Assembly: GCA_963666285.1 (NCBI GenBank)
Contig: OY762711.1
DNA length: 64,000 bases
Direction: 5' to 3' (one strand)
From: Sedimentisphaerales bacterium
GTDB taxonomy: Bacteria > Planctomycetota > Phycisphaerae > Sedimentisphaerales > SM23-30
Part shown: positions 30,359 through 42,400 of the stretch, one piece after another
Layout: each line of letters opens with the position of its first letter
Position numbering within the stretch: position 1 is the first letter of the stretch
Made by a program: the position numbers and the translations under genes
Notes under the pieces: generated by a model
Seen by the model: the letters and a program-made list of their open reading frames with translations, nothing else
The model's database searches: none
Told to the model about the DNA's origin: nothing

Positions 30359-31504
30359 ATGATATATTACATATTAGAAAACCATCTTAGAAAATTCATG
30401 TTTGAAACCCTAGGTTTTTATTCATGGGAAGAAGTATTGTTAAGATCGCTATTGTCCATGCTTACCAGCCTGCTGTTAAGCCTGTGGTTAGGTCCCAAAG
30501 TTATCCGATGGCTGAAGAAGAAAAAAATTGGCGATTGTCCTAACTTTGACCATGACATATTAAATCAAAAAAACAGCCACAAAGATCAGACACCCACAAT
30601 GGGCGGCATTCTCATTTTATTGAGTATCCTGATAAGTACGTTATTATGGGCAGATCTATCTAATCAATATGTAATAAAAGCAATTGTAGTTATTATCTGG
30701 CTTGGCGGTCTGGGCAGTATCGATGACTGGCTGAAACTGACCCAGGCAACAAAGAATCGATCAAGAGACGGTCTGTTAAGCTGGGAAAAAATAATGTTCC
30801 AGATGGGTTTGGGAGCCCTGGTAGGAATATTTTTATACCAGTTTGACTTTAAGAATATTGAAGACGGCCAGAAACTCTGGATCCCCTTCTGTAAAACAGG
30901 TTTTGATATTGGTTTTTTCGGGTTTATGGCAATATCAATAATAGTAATAACAGGTACAAGCAACGCCGTAAATTTAACTGACGGTATGGATGGACTGGCT
31001 TCCGGCAGTGTAGCAATAGTAGCCATAGTTCTGGCAGTATTGTGTTACCTGGCAAGTGAGCCCCTGTCAATATCAAATAACCAGTCGTGGGCAAGTTACC
31101 TGCGTCTTCCGCAAATTCCCGGTGCAGGCGAACTGTCTATAGTATGTACGGCAATGCTGGGGGCATGTTTTGGTTTTCTCTGGTACAACTGTTATCCCGC
31201 CGAGGTATTCATGGGAGATACCGGCAGTCTGCCGCTGGGGGGACTAATCGGCTACACCGCGATAGTGACCCGGCATGAACTATTATTAATCATACTGGGA
31301 GGCGTCTTTGTTATTGAAGCGGCCAGTGTAATCATACAGGTCACCTATTTCAAGAGGACCGGAGGTAAGAAGATATTTAAATGTTCGCCGATACATCATC
31401 ATTTTCACTTAATAGGATGGAGTGAGCCAAAAGTTGTAGTGCGATTCTGGCTGGTATGTATAGCTTTTGCCACATTAGCATTGGCAACACTAAAGTTGAG
31501 GTAA
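30359..31504 (+). CDS. mraY: Phospho-N-acetylmuramoyl-pentapeptide transferase
   Basis: TPTMGG, DDWLKL, SNAVNLTDGMDGLA, VFMGDTGSL and SPIHHHF. Confidence 0.96.
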   Translation: MIYYILENHLRKFMFETLGFYSWEEVLLRSLLSMLTSLLLSLWLGPKVIRWLKKKKIGDCPNFDHDILNQKNSHKDQTPTMGGILILLSILISTLLWADLSNQYVIKAIVVIIWLGGLGSIDDWLKLTQATKNRSRDGLLSWEKIMFQMGLGALVGIFLYQFDFKNIEDGQKLWIPFCKTGFDIGFFGFMAISIIVITGTSNAVNLTDGMDGLASGSVAIVAIVLAVLCYLASEPLSISNNQSWASYLRLPQIPGAGELSIVCTAMLGACFGFLWYNCYPAEVFMGDTGSLPLGGLIGYTAIVTRHELLLIILGGVFVIEAASVIIQVTYFKRTGGKKIFKCSPIHHHFHLIGWSEPKVVVRFWLVCIAFATLALATLKLR

Positions 31505-31505
31505 T

Positions 31506-32429
31506 ATGCCGAAAGAATTTGAAATAATCGACTATTTCCGTAAAAACAGCCATATAACGGGTGAACATCTAATAAAAGGCCCCGGAGACGACATGGCCGT
31601 AATGAAAGTTGGCGGAGAGGAATTACTAATAACCGCTGACACACTGCTTGAGGGAGTTCATTTCGATCTGTCAACAGCAACGCTCGAACAAGTAGGCTAT
31701 AAAGCGATGGCATGTAGCTTGAGTGATTGCGCAGCAATGTGTTCAAGCCCGATAGGTGCGATAGGCTGCACTTCGTTTCCAACATATTTAACCATGGCTC
31801 AAATCGAACAGCTCCACAGCGGAGTGCAAAAAGCAGCACGGAAATACAATTGCCCGATAATAGGTGGTGATGTAACCAGTTGGGATAACCCCCTGGCAAT
31901 CAGCATAACAATGTTTTCCGTAATGAAAAACGGCAGAAAACCAGTATATCGAAGCGGAGCAGTTGTCGGCGATAGAATTATGGTTACCGGCAAACTGGGC
32001 GGCTCAATAAAAGGCAGGCATCTGACATTTGAACCGAGGATAAAGGAATCAGAGTTGATATACGATAATAGCGACCTGCATTCCATGATGGACATAAGCG
32101 ATGGTCTAGCCGGCGATTTGCGACATATTTGCAAAGAGAGCGAAGTATCAGCGATATTAGACCATGCATTAATACCATACAGTGATGAAGTCAGTACAAA
32201 TAATGACCCCGTCTCAAATGCATTAAGTGATGGCGAAGATTTTGAGCTTCTGTTTACAGTAAGTGAAAATGATAGCGTGAATTTATTGAAAGAATGGCCG
32301 TATACAAACGTATCACTAACGGTAATAGGTGAAATTATCCCTCAAGTTAACGGTCCGGAAATATTCATAAAAAAGAATAACGAAAAGTTGTTATTTACCG
32401 GAACCGGCTGGGAGCATTTGACGAAATAA
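31506..32429 (+). CDS. thiL: Thiamine-monophosphate kinase
   Basis: EFEII, GPGDDMA, EGVHF, SLSDCAAM, IGGD, DISDGL and GEDFELLFT. Confidence 0.95.
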   Translation: MPKEFEIIDYFRKNSHITGEHLIKGPGDDMAVMKVGGEELLITADTLLEGVHFDLSTATLEQVGYKAMACSLSDCAAMCSSPIGAIGCTSFPTYLTMAQIEQLHSGVQKAARKYNCPIIGGDVTSWDNPLAISITMFSVMKNGRKPVYRSGAVVGDRIMVTGKLGGSIKGRHLTFEPRIKESELIYDNSDLHSMMDISDGLAGDLRHICKESEVSAILDHALIPYSDEVSTNNDPVSNALSDGEDFELLFTVSENDSVNLLKEWPYTNVSLTVIGEIIPQVNGPEIFIKKNNEKLLFTGTGWEHLTK

Positions 32430-32433
32430 CAGC

Positions 32434-33255
32434 CTATTTTTTTTGCTGTTTAAATGAAAGAACGGTTTTTTGATCGGCAATATTGATGGCAGTTAGAGTG
32501 ACTGATATTTTATCATCATCCGGTTTTGTTATGACGGGAGACAAAACAATGCGTTTATTTTTAAGCAGTTCCGGTAATTTTTTGCCAATATATCGTCCCA
32601 TTTGAACATTGTAATCATCATCTTTTTTATCACTTGTCTTTTCGAGAGATTCAGAATATTCTTTTACCGTATTAGCTATCCGGATAAGGTATTTATTGAT
32701 TGTACCCATTGGCACTCCAAGAGCACCAGATTTGACTTTTACGAGATCAATAACTAACTCATTATTTTCAATATACGGTTTGAGCAATATACTAACAACA
32801 ACAGTCTGATCATAATATTTCATAGTAATATAAAATATTAATAATCCATCTCTCATACTGATTTGAGGCAGTTCCAGTGATAATTCCGAACCATCAAATT
32901 CATCTTCAAGCAGTCTGCGTAGATCATCATGAAGCAGGATCTGGTTAATTAATCTGCTCTCGAAGGTTTGGGTAAACTCAGTTTCGGCGTATATATTGTT
33001 ATGGATATCAGCGACCAGGGCAATCGCCTGATCTACTGCCTGTTCCTGGATATCCCGGCTTATAGGCACAGGGGCATATTCAGAGGGTTTGTAAACAGCC
33101 ATCAGGTAAGCAGTAATGGCTATGGAGACAACAATAAACACAAAAACAAAGAGTCCAATAACTATTTTAAGGAAAAGCTTTTTTTTATTTCTCGTCCTTC
33201 GGATCATATCCGAGCTCCAATCGCATCTGGTATCTATGATATTAACAAAGGCCAA
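32434..33255 (-). CDS. Hypothetical membrane-anchored protein
   Basis: Basic stretch plus a single TM, then a beta-rich domain (KSGALGVP) reminiscent of DUF2140/YpmS-like proteins. Confidence 0.65.
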   Translation of the reverse strand: MAFVNIIDTRCDWSSDMIRRTRNKKKLFLKIVIGLFVFVFIVVSIAITAYLMAVYKPSEYAPVPISRDIQEQAVDQAIALVADIHNNIYAETEFTQTFESRLINQILLHDDLRRLLEDEFDGSELSLELPQISMRDGLLIFYITMKYYDQTVVVSILLKPYIENNELVIDLVKVKSGALGVPMGTINKYLIRIANTVKEYSESLEKTSDKKDDDYNVQMGRYIGKKLPELLKNKRIVLSPVITKPDDDKISVTLTAINIADQKTVLSFKQQKK

Positions 33256-33625
33256 GATTCAAATAACATGCCGTGTTAATATAAAAATCAATATAACTGT
33301 TATAATTTAACTACAGGATATTATTATGATTTTTTCGAAATATAAAAGATATATTTTGCTAAATACCATAATTAGCCATTCTGAACCTTTATTAAAATTC
33401 AGCAAATCAGTCACGAGCTACCTGATAACGACAAATTATTTAGGATTTAATATTAATAATTCGGTTAAACATTATTAAATAAAGAGTTATGCGTTTAATT
33501 AGAATTCTTCGATTATAAGAAAGTTGAATAAAATTTACTATATAACTTAATTATCATTTAGATAGTGTCGATAGGCTGATATATGAGTGACTCATAGTAT
33601 TAGTGTTTATTAGCTATGAGACCTT

Positions 33626-35395
33626 ATGGATGAGATATCAAAGGAGAAGAGATCAATGTTCGAGGTGATGGATATGCCAGCTACCCAAGATCAAGTAACA
33701 GAAAGTAAAATAGTGTTGGATATGGAAGCTATTTCGCTTCTAACAAACAATGATTGGATCTTCAGCAGATTTGACATTGATGAAAGACACTATATCTTCC
33801 ATTTACCAGAATCTGGCGATAAAATAACGTTATCAGTTATTGGTGATGACGATATGTTCATTCCCTACGAAGAAATGCTGGAGAAAATACCATCACTAAG
33901 CGAATTATTAGACAAGATAGTATTCACGTCGATAACTTCCGACAATCTCGATACTATTTCAAAGCTAAATAAATTTGAACTTGCGATATCTCACCCCGAT
34001 GACCTGGAACACGATCTGTTTTTTATCACATTTGCGACCCTCAACTTTCTAAATGGCGGCGGCGGATTAATATTTACCCCTCAGGATAATCAGTCAGATG
34101 CAATTTATGATTTAAAACGCTTTATAATAGAAAAAGTAGATGCAAGTGATAACTTAGGAGTAAGATTTCATAATTTCTGGCATAATATCTCCCCCTACCT
34201 GGAAATATTTATGACTCATGCAGCAAACATAAGTATCCAGGAGCAAATGACTAAATTAATAGATGAAAATGATGAATATTCCTGGAAAGCAATGGAAACA
34301 TCACTATTTAACTTATTCCTTGCTATGAGTGAAAAAACCGGAATAGGCATAGACAAAAGCAACCTGGAAATAGGCAATTGCAAAGCATTGGCACTACAGA
34401 TGTTGTCAGGTTTTAAGAATAAGAGATTTTATCGAAAATTATTGTCGCAGCAGACGTTTGAAGAAACCAAAAAGAAAGATGCCTCAGGAAGTTATTACAA
34501 TAAACTGAAAGACCCTGCAAACTATCCTATACCAAATAAAAAGGCACTGGAAGTATATTTTCTGGCTTGTCAGGATAATACAGATTACAGCGAATTGACT
34601 GAATTGATCAAAGAAGATCCTGTTCTGACAGCCAAAATACTAAAATTGCTTAATACTCCAATGTTCAGGACAGCTAATACCATATCCAGTATCAGTATTG
34701 AAGCCTTGAGTGTTTTTGGCCTGCAGCGGATAAAAGAGATGGCATTGAATGTAGCAGTTGATTTTCGTGATTTTAAGCTTCAATGTCCAGCTTTTGATTA
34801 TGATGTGTTTTACCAGGACTCTCTGGCTTGTGCTATAGCTACAAGAAATATAACAAATTATGTAAATAATACTAAAGAAGGCGAAACATTATTTACACCA
34901 GATGAAGCTTATACGGTCGGCTTGTTAAGCCAGATGGGTAAGCTTGCATTTGCCTCAGTATGTCCGCAGGAATATAATCGCATATTGACGTCGGCCACCG
35001 ATACCGGTCAAAAGCTTTGCGAGGAAGAACGTAAAGAATTTGGTATCGACCATTGTGAGATTGCCGCAGAAATGCTAAAAGAATGGGGTTTTCCGGAATC
35101 ATTCTGTAAAGCAATCAAATATCAATATGAATACCCTGAAAATCAAAATATGTTCGAAGATGATTCGGTTGCGAACTCATTTGCAGCAAAATTAAAAACA
35201 GCCGGATTTATGCTGCGATGGAGCAGAACTATCAGTAGTACATTACAGGTAGGAAAGTCACTGGAAAAACAAAGTGTGCTCAAAACCCTGGACAAAGGTA
35301 TCAATGAATATGGTATTTGTCCCGGCAATTACCACAGGCAGGCACTGGCAACTCATAAAGAATGGAAAAATGTAAAATCAGCGTTAGAGAGTTAA
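33626..35395 (+). CDS. HDOD-domain protein with unrecognised N-terminal region
   Basis: LIKEDPVLTAKILKLLNT, EAYTVGLLSQMGKL and EERKEFGIDHCEIAAEMLKEWGFP in the C-terminal half. Confidence 0.85.
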   Translation: MDEISKEKRSMFEVMDMPATQDQVTESKIVLDMEAISLLTNNDWIFSRFDIDERHYIFHLPESGDKITLSVIGDDDMFIPYEEMLEKIPSLSELLDKIVFTSITSDNLDTISKLNKFELAISHPDDLEHDLFFITFATLNFLNGGGGLIFTPQDNQSDAIYDLKRFIIEKVDASDNLGVRFHNFWHNISPYLEIFMTHAANISIQEQMTKLIDENDEYSWKAMETSLFNLFLAMSEKTGIGIDKSNLEIGNCKALALQMLSGFKNKRFYRKLLSQQTFEETKKKDASGSYYNKLKDPANYPIPNKKALEVYFLACQDNTDYSELTELIKEDPVLTAKILKLLNTPMFRTANTISSISIEALSVFGLQRIKEMALNVAVDFRDFKLQCPAFDYDVFYQDSLACAIATRNITNYVNNTKEGETLFTPDEAYTVGLLSQMGKLAFASVCPQEYNRILTSATDTGQKLCEEERKEFGIDHCEIAAEMLKEWGFPESFCKAIKYQYEYPENQNMFEDDSVANSFAAKLKTAGFMLRWSRTISSTLQVGKSLEKQSVLKTLDKGINEYGICPGNYHRQALATHKEWKNVKSALES

Positions 35396-35763
35396 ATTAG
35401 CAACGAAGTAAAGCTGAATAAAAATTTTTCAACAAAAAATTTATAGTGTAATTTTATATAATTGCCGGTTTTACTGAATTTAACCATATTTTTTCAGATT
35501 TTTCTTTAAATTTGCCCAGACATAGCTTCTTTAATCATAAGCACTTAAGAAACAGTCCCATCTTTTTGGCAGAAAATAATATATTTTTTACTAAATTTAC
35601 AATTATTTCCATCCGATTTCACTAGAATTATGTTAAAATAATTGGTCTCATCTTTTTGACAGTCCCCCTTTTATGATATATACTTTAATGTTTATTAGCA
35701 CTGTACCAGAGTGCAGATGGACAAATAGTATATTTACCCCGGCAGAAAACTTACGGAGGGCAG

Positions 35764-37578
35764 TTGACAACTTACTTTGAGGAGCAACATATAGGTCAGA
35801 TATTACAGGCGACAAATATAGTCGACCTGATAGGAACATATCTGGCACTGAAACCTCAAGGTAAAGATTTGGTCGGCTTATGTCCGTTCCATAATGACAG
35901 ACGGCCAAGTATGTCTGTGAGCCCTGCGAAACAGATATTCAAATGTTTCGCCTGCGGAGCCGGCGGTGATGCCATAAAGTTTATTATGCTGAAAGAAAAG
36001 ATGACTTTTCCGGAAGCGGTAAAATACCTGGCAGAAAGAGTACATATACAATTGCCTGAGCGGCAAAGACAAAGCAGTGATAAGCCGCAATTGGACAAAA
36101 ACAAACTGGAAGAGATAAACAGATGGGCTGCAAAATATTTTCGCAGCCATTATGAAAATGAAAAAAATGGAAGCATAGCCCGCGATTATGTTCAAACTCG
36201 TGGCATAACAGAAAATATCAGTCGCAAATTTGGGCTTGGTTGGGCACCAGGCGGCTGGGACAATCTGTTAAATGCGGCCAAAAAAGACCAGGTGAGCTTA
36301 GAAGCCCTGGCACAATTAGGATTGTTGATAGAAAAGGATACAGGCGGTTATTATGACCGTTTTCGCGAGAGACTAATATTTCCGGTACTAGACGGACTAA
36401 AAAGAGTTATAGCTTTTGGCGGCAGGACTCTAGCTAATGATCCTGCCAAGTATCTAAATAGTCCGGAAAGTGCACTATTTGACAAAAGCAGCAGCCTTTA
36501 CGGATTGCATGCTGCTAAAGAAGAGATAGTAAAGAGTAAAACGGCTATAATAGTTGAAGGGTATACAGATTGTATGATGGCCCATCAACAAGGGGTATAT
36601 AATGTCGTCGCAACATTAGGAACAGCGATGACGAAAGAACACGCCAGAATGCTGGGGCGTTACGCAGACCGAATAATACTTATGTTCGACTCAGATCAGG
36701 CCGGAATAAAGGCAGGAGACCGAGCGATCGAGCTGTTTTTTGGATTGCAGGTAGAAATAGAGCTTATTTCCTTGCCGGATGGGCAAGACCCCTGCGATTT
36801 TTTACTGGCAAACGGTAAAGAATCATTTGAAGCCGAACTGCAAAAAGCACAAAATGCGATAGATTATAAATGGAATAACCTGCTCAGCGAATTTGAAAGA
36901 GCAGATGCGATAAATGGACGAACTCTGGCAATAGACCAGTTTTTGAAAATAATAAAGCAAATGGCAACAGAAGGAAACCTGGACCCAATAAAAGAGGGTC
37001 TGGTGATAAACAAGGTTGCCGGGCTGGTAAAACAGCCAGCTGAGACAATACATAAACGGATGGCAAGGTTAAAATCTGCCCAGAGTTTTGAAAAAGTAAA
37101 TAATGATAATGCCCGGAATAAGATATCATTTGTGAATCTGGACGCTGTAAGTAAGTGCTATCTATATATTTTAGAAGTTCTTTTGAATTGTCCCGATTTA
37201 TATTTTATGGTTATAGAGAGGATTGGTGCTATTACCGAGGTAGAGCACCCGGTCCTGAAACAGGTAGCAACAAGAATAGCTCAGTGCTGTGAAAGTACAA
37301 AAGAGCCAAATATTGGAACTATACTGGGCGGCTGTGAGAGTACCCAGCTATGTAATGTTATTACAGACATGGCTTTAAGTGGTGAAAATCGCGGTAATTA
37401 TGAAAATACCTTAGAGGGAGCGTTTGCTGCCCTGGAAAACTTTAAGGCAAAACAAGAACGAAATAATTTAAAGGACATGATAACTAACTCGGCAAAGACC
37501 TTTGACAGAGACACTTTGGATGTCATGCTGGCTGATTTGCAAGCCAGGTTAATTAAAGACAAAACAGAGTCTAATTGA
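35764..37578 (+). CDS. dnaG: DNA primase
   Basis: CPFH...CFAC zinc finger, YDRFRERLIFP, AFGGR, KYLNSPES and TOPRIM motifs VEGYTD / FDSDQAG. TTG start with GGAGG RBS. Confidence 0.97.
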   Translation: MTTYFEEQHIGQILQATNIVDLIGTYLALKPQGKDLVGLCPFHNDRRPSMSVSPAKQIFKCFACGAGGDAIKFIMLKEKMTFPEAVKYLAERVHIQLPERQRQSSDKPQLDKNKLEEINRWAAKYFRSHYENEKNGSIARDYVQTRGITENISRKFGLGWAPGGWDNLLNAAKKDQVSLEALAQLGLLIEKDTGGYYDRFRERLIFPVLDGLKRVIAFGGRTLANDPAKYLNSPESALFDKSSSLYGLHAAKEEIVKSKTAIIVEGYTDCMMAHQQGVYNVVATLGTAMTKEHARMLGRYADRIILMFDSDQAGIKAGDRAIELFFGLQVEIELISLPDGQDPCDFLLANGKESFEAELQKAQNAIDYKWNNLLSEFERADAINGRTLAIDQFLKIIKQMATEGNLDPIKEGLVINKVAGLVKQPAETIHKRMARLKSAQSFEKVNNDNARNKISFVNLDAVSKCYLYILEVLLNCPDLYFMVIERIGAITEVEHPVLKQVATRIAQCCESTKEPNIGTILGGCESTQLCNVITDMALSGENRGNYENTLEGAFAALENFKAKQERNNLKDMITNSAKTFDRDTLDVMLADLQARLIKDKTESN

Positions 37579-37649
37579 ATTAGTTATAAAGCATATGGTT
37601 TATCCACTAAGTGGAGCAAAATAAAAATAATACTGGTTTGTAGACAATA

Positions 37650-39416
37650 ATGAACGGAGAGTTGAAGTTGTCAAACGAAAATAAACTAATTGATCAGATA
37701 ATTGAAGATAGCTTTAAATCGCTAATTGAAAAAAGCAAAGAACGTGGTTATCTGACCTTTGAGCAGATGAATGACGAGTTGCCTGAAGAAGCAACAAATC
37801 CCGACCAGCTCGACAGCTTTTTGATGACATTAGATGAAATAGGCATAGAACTCATTGGAAAAGATGAAGTAGCCAAGAGAGAGTCTCAAGAGTCTGAAGA
37901 GATGGGATCGTCAAGCAGTGACGAAGCCATTTTAGAGGCAATGGAAGATGATGACCATGATGGCGAATTTGAAGAAGACACTGATGATGACCTGTTTTTT
38001 GAAGAGCAGCGAATAGATGACCCTGTGCGTATGTATTTGACCCAAATGGGTGAAATACCGTTACTTACACGCGAACAGGAAATAGAGCTGGCCAAGACAA
38101 TTGAAATGTCTCGTATGGTCTTTAGAAGGCGTATACTGGAAAACGATTACTGTATTAGTGAATGTATCAACATTCTAGAGCAGGTTGCGGTCGGTGACTT
38201 ACCGTTCGATCGTACCATGCGTTTATCATCAAGCAACAATACAGTTAGAAACAGCATTATCAGCCGTATCCCAGGTAACCTTGAATCCCTCAAAAAGATC
38301 TTAGACGAAAACAGTAAAGCCCGAGATATAATCCTTACAAGTGACGATTCTGAGAAAATATCTCAGCTCAGGCTGGAAATGAATCTTCGCCGTCAGCGAG
38401 GAGCACGTTTACTGGAAGAAATAGCCCTGCGAACCAGCCGGGTCACTCCATTTATCCAGAAGCTTGAACACATCCTGACCAAGATGGAAAATCTTGAAGT
38501 TATGCTGGCTAATCCAGAAAAGGAAGGCCTGGCAGAAGATGATATTGAAGTTATTCACGAAGAGCTGGATGGTCTTCGTGAAATGATAATGGAAGACAAG
38601 GAAGAGCTACGCAAGCGAGTCGGACGAATTCGCAGAGCGTATAAACGATATGAAACAGCCAAGAGAAAGCTTTCCGGGGCTAACTTGCGTCTCGTAGTAT
38701 CAATTGCCAAAAAATATCGTAATCGCGGATTGAGTTTCCTTGATATAATCCAAGAAGGTAATACCGGACTAATGCGTGCGGTAGATAAATATGAATTCCG
38801 TCGCGGTTATAAATTCAGTACATATGCCACATGGTGGATACGCCAGGCTATTACCCGCGCGATAGCGGATCATGCCCGTACAATTCGTATTCCTGTCCAT
38901 ATGATCGAAGCAATGAGTAAGCTGCGTAATATCAGTAAAAAGCTTCAGCAGGAGCTTGGTATCGAGCCAACAATAGAAGAGATAGCTGAGAAAGCCGGTA
39001 TGCCAGTATCAGAAGTACGCCGGATAATGAAGATATCGCGTCATCCGATCAGCCTCGACCGCCCTGTCGGTGAAAGTGAAGACAGCTACTTTGGTGATTT
39101 TATCGAAGACAGCGGAACCGAGTCTCCGGTACATGCGGCGACCCAGGAAATGCTCAAAGACAGAATCGAGTCTGTACTTAATACGCTAACCTACCGCGAA
39201 CGTGAGATTATCAAACTGAGATATGGTATTGGTGACGGCTATACCTACACACTTGAGGAAGTAGGACGTATTTTTAAGGTAACACGTGAGCGTGTTCGAC
39301 AGGTTGAAGCCAAAGCAGTACGCAAATTGCAACATCCGGTTCGTTCACGTAAGCTGGAAGGCTTTATGGACAAAATTGACCGAGATGCCATGCAGTACGA
39401 TGAAGAGTTTGAATAA
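37650..39416 (+). CDS. rpoD: RNA polymerase primary sigma factor
   Basis: [53 protein letters not shown] and [16 protein letters not shown]; lies downstream of dnaG. Confidence 0.98.
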   Translation: MNGELKLSNENKLIDQIIEDSFKSLIEKSKERGYLTFEQMNDELPEEATNPDQLDSFLMTLDEIGIELIGKDEVAKRESQESEEMGSSSSDEAILEAMEDDDHDGEFEEDTDDDLFFEEQRIDDPVRMYLTQMGEIPLLTREQEIELAKTIEMSRMVFRRRILENDYCISECINILEQVAVGDLPFDRTMRLSSSNNTVRNSIISRIPGNLESLKKILDENSKARDIILTSDDSEKISQLRLEMNLRRQRGARLLEEIALRTSRVTPFIQKLEHILTKMENLEVMLANPEKEGLAEDDIEVIHEELDGLREMIMEDKEELRKRVGRIRRAYKRYETAKRKLSGANLRLVVSIAKKYRNRGLSFLDIIQEGNTGLMRAVDKYEFRRGYKFSTYATWWIRQAITRAIADHARTIRIPVHMIEAMSKLRNISKKLQQELGIEPTIEEIAEKAGMPVSEVRRIMKISRHPISLDRPVGESEDSYFGDFIEDSGTESPVHAATQEMLKDRIESVLNTLTYREREIIKLRYGIGDGYTYTLEEVGRIFKVTRERVRQVEAKAVRKLQHPVRSRKLEGFMDKIDRDAMQYDEEFE

Positions 39417-39438
39417 AATCATCTAATAAGACAAAAAC

Positions 39439-39475
39439 AAAAAACCGGCAGAATGTATAAACTGCCGGTTTTTTT
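39439..39475. terminator. Bidirectional intrinsic terminator between rpoD and the S41 protease gene
   Basis: AAAAAACCGGCAG-loop-CTGCCGGTTTTTTT between convergent genes. Confidence 0.85.
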
Positions 39476-39481
39476 ATAAAT

Positions 39482-42400
39482 TTATTTATCTAAGAGGAAT
39501 ACCGGTCGGGCCTTACCGTGATTATTTTTTTCGGCAATATCAACCTGTTCTAAAAGTACTTCAACAGCTTTATTGAGTTGAGGGTCATTTCCAGAAGGAA
39601 TATCACCCGGTTTAGGCCAGACAATATAGTCAGGAATAGCACCATTGAGCTCCATATTCAGCTCTGTACTAAGCGGATACCATCCAATAAACGGCATCCT
39701 GACACTTCCAAGACCAACGACATCTCTTGAACCAGTAGAAATCACACCGCCGGCAGTTGGTACCCCAATTAATTTTCCACGTTTGAGAGTCTTTATAGCA
39801 TGACTGAATATTTCGGCGTTACTAAAACTATCCTGGTCACAAAGTACAACAATAGGTTTATCCCAGGTATTGTAAACTCTCCTGGAAGAAGTATATCCCT
39901 GGCCGGCACCACCACGCGGGACAATATAGGCATGAGCAGGCTGGCACAAGACAGTAAGAATATGATCCGTGGTAAAACCGCCGCCATTTCCCCTGACATC
40001 GATAATCATGCCGGATTTACCGTTTCCTTCGGCAAAGATTTCTTTTTCAAAGTCGACAAATTCATTCCACATCATACGAGGAATATACACATAGCCAAGT
40101 TTACCATTAGATTTATCATTAACAGCTGTCTTACAATTGTCAACCCAAAACTGTTTCAACAGTGGTTGGATTTGAGAATATGTATATGGCCTAATAGTTA
40201 CATCTCTTGTTTGATTATCAGCACCGGTAACTTTCAAGAGAATATCTCTCTCCTGAATGCCGGTTAGAATTGCGTATACCTCTGTTTCACCGGTAATTTC
40301 CGTTCCGTCAATATGAGTAATTATATCACCTGGGAAAAGTTCTGACTGTTTCAATGACGCCGGGCTATCAGGAATGATATCGCGTATCTTTAGTCCTGGA
40401 CCAGGATAGCTAAAATCAAACCGGGCGCCCAAATGAGCCGTAGCATCATGCCATTTATCCTTAGAATACCAGCGATCATCACTTGCCGGAGTAAAGCCCA
40501 TGTGTGAAGCGTTTAATTCGCCAAGCATTAAATTTACCACCCTGCCAAAAGTGGCATTATCTGGCGAGTTTATAGCTTTATCGAGATATTTTTCGAGAAT
40601 AGAATCCCAGTTCACTTTTTCAATTATTTCGCTACTGTAGAACCCATCTCTCATATATCGCCATGCAGTCTTAAAGCCTAATTCGTACCAGTCTTTTCTA
40701 TTGAGCTCAGTCTTTACCGAAAACTCATATTTAGTAAGGTCCTTTCCTGTTAAAACGGCTGGTTTGCCGCCATTTAACAGAGATATTTTTTTAGCTTTTT
40801 TAAGCCATTTCGAAGAATAAGAAATGCTGTTATCTGAATACTTTTTGAATTCAAGCTTATCAGGAAATTCTACGGAATACGACTTTGTGCTATTTCCATC
40901 CCTTTGGTTGAAAATCAGTTTATTATCCGATATCCACAAAGGGCAGGATTCAGATTTATCATTCGTTTTGAACTGCTGCACTCTTTTATACAGATTATCA
41001 AAATCAATAATCTCCTTATCTTCCTGCTCAGGTTCCTTGTCTTCTTTTTCTTCTACCTTGTCAGCTTTCTCTTCGCTTTCCGCAGAATCAGTTTTGTCAT
41101 TTTCATCTTTTGGTTCATCAGCTTTCTCTTCTTTTGACTCTACATTATTTTCTTTTTTATCCTTGTTGTCTCCGTTATCCTTCTTTTTACGTTTATCTTC
41201 CATAAGCTTCACAGCTTTTTCAAGAGTACGGTCACGTTCAGTCTTATCGGCTTCATCCTTCTGCAAGGGAGCATAGAAAATATCAACCTGGTCACCAAAA
41301 GAAGTACCAACCCATGCGAGATATTTACCATCCGGCGACCATTTAGGCGAATGATCGTCTCTTGGATTGCGTGAAATATTATACGGAATTTCACTACCAT
41401 CAACCGGAGCAATCCAGATGTTTCTTCGAATATCATCATCATTAGCCGCATATGCTATATATTGAGATTTTGGCGACCAGTCATAATCAACAGAAGTCCA
41501 GTTATCAATCAACTTACGGGGGGCGTTACCTTCGATGTCGCATACCCATAACCCATTAGAAGCTATTTGATAAGCAATAGATTTACCATCAGGGGAAATC
41601 GAAAAGTCAGTAATATTATCATTGCCAAATGTGACTTGTGTAATAATGAAAGATTCATTTTGCCACCAATAGCTGTTAGGGTCCTGGGGATTAGCAGAAT
41701 ATATATTTGATATGACGCCATCGTCCGATAGGAAATACAGTTTACTGCCTTTATCATTAAAGATAAGATTTTTCTCGATTTTTTTAGGAGTATTGCAAAC
41801 AAGAACAGGCTCTTTTAATTCTGTGTCCATAACCCAGATATCCCTGTCGGCTACAAAAGCAATCTCTAAAGCGTCGGAAACAAAGTCAGCTTCAGCAACA
41901 CCTTTAGTAACCAGGTTGACAATTTCATCCGGCATATCAGCTTCAGGTGCCAATAATTGTATCTTTTCAGGTTCTGAACCACGATCAGGAGAAATGCGAT
42001 ACAGGTCGAATAGCTGCCTAAATACTATAACAGATCCGTCAGATGAAGCAGAAACACCGATAACCGATCCATCATCAAAATTTGTGAGCTGTCTCTGAAC
42101 ACCCGATTCCAGGTCATATTCCCACAGATTTTCAGGTGAATTATCGTTTGAAGCAGTGTAATATATTTTTTTGCCTTCTGCCCCCCATTCCGGATAGTCA
42201 TAATCACCATCATGTCCAAGAAGCAGGCTGAATTCCCCTGAATTCATATCGTAAGTCCATATCTGACCATTCTGACTGCCTTGATATCCCTGGCGGTACC
42301 ACCTTGAACCTTCTCTGACAAATAATATTTTTGTACCATCAGGCGAAAGTCTGCAAGTCGAGCCGTATGCATCAAAAATCAAATCTTCCTTGAATGAAGG

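Noticed and set aside
35611..35638. Possible dif site (TTATGTTAAA XerD-like arm); a similar arm is at 16062
   Set aside because: The XerC-side arm does not resemble the consensus, and a 10-bp AT-rich match is expected by chance.
41020..41200. Low-complexity purine/pyrimidine tract in the S41 protease gene
   Set aside because: It encodes the K/E/D-rich linker common in tricorn-like proteases and is not an independent repeat element.
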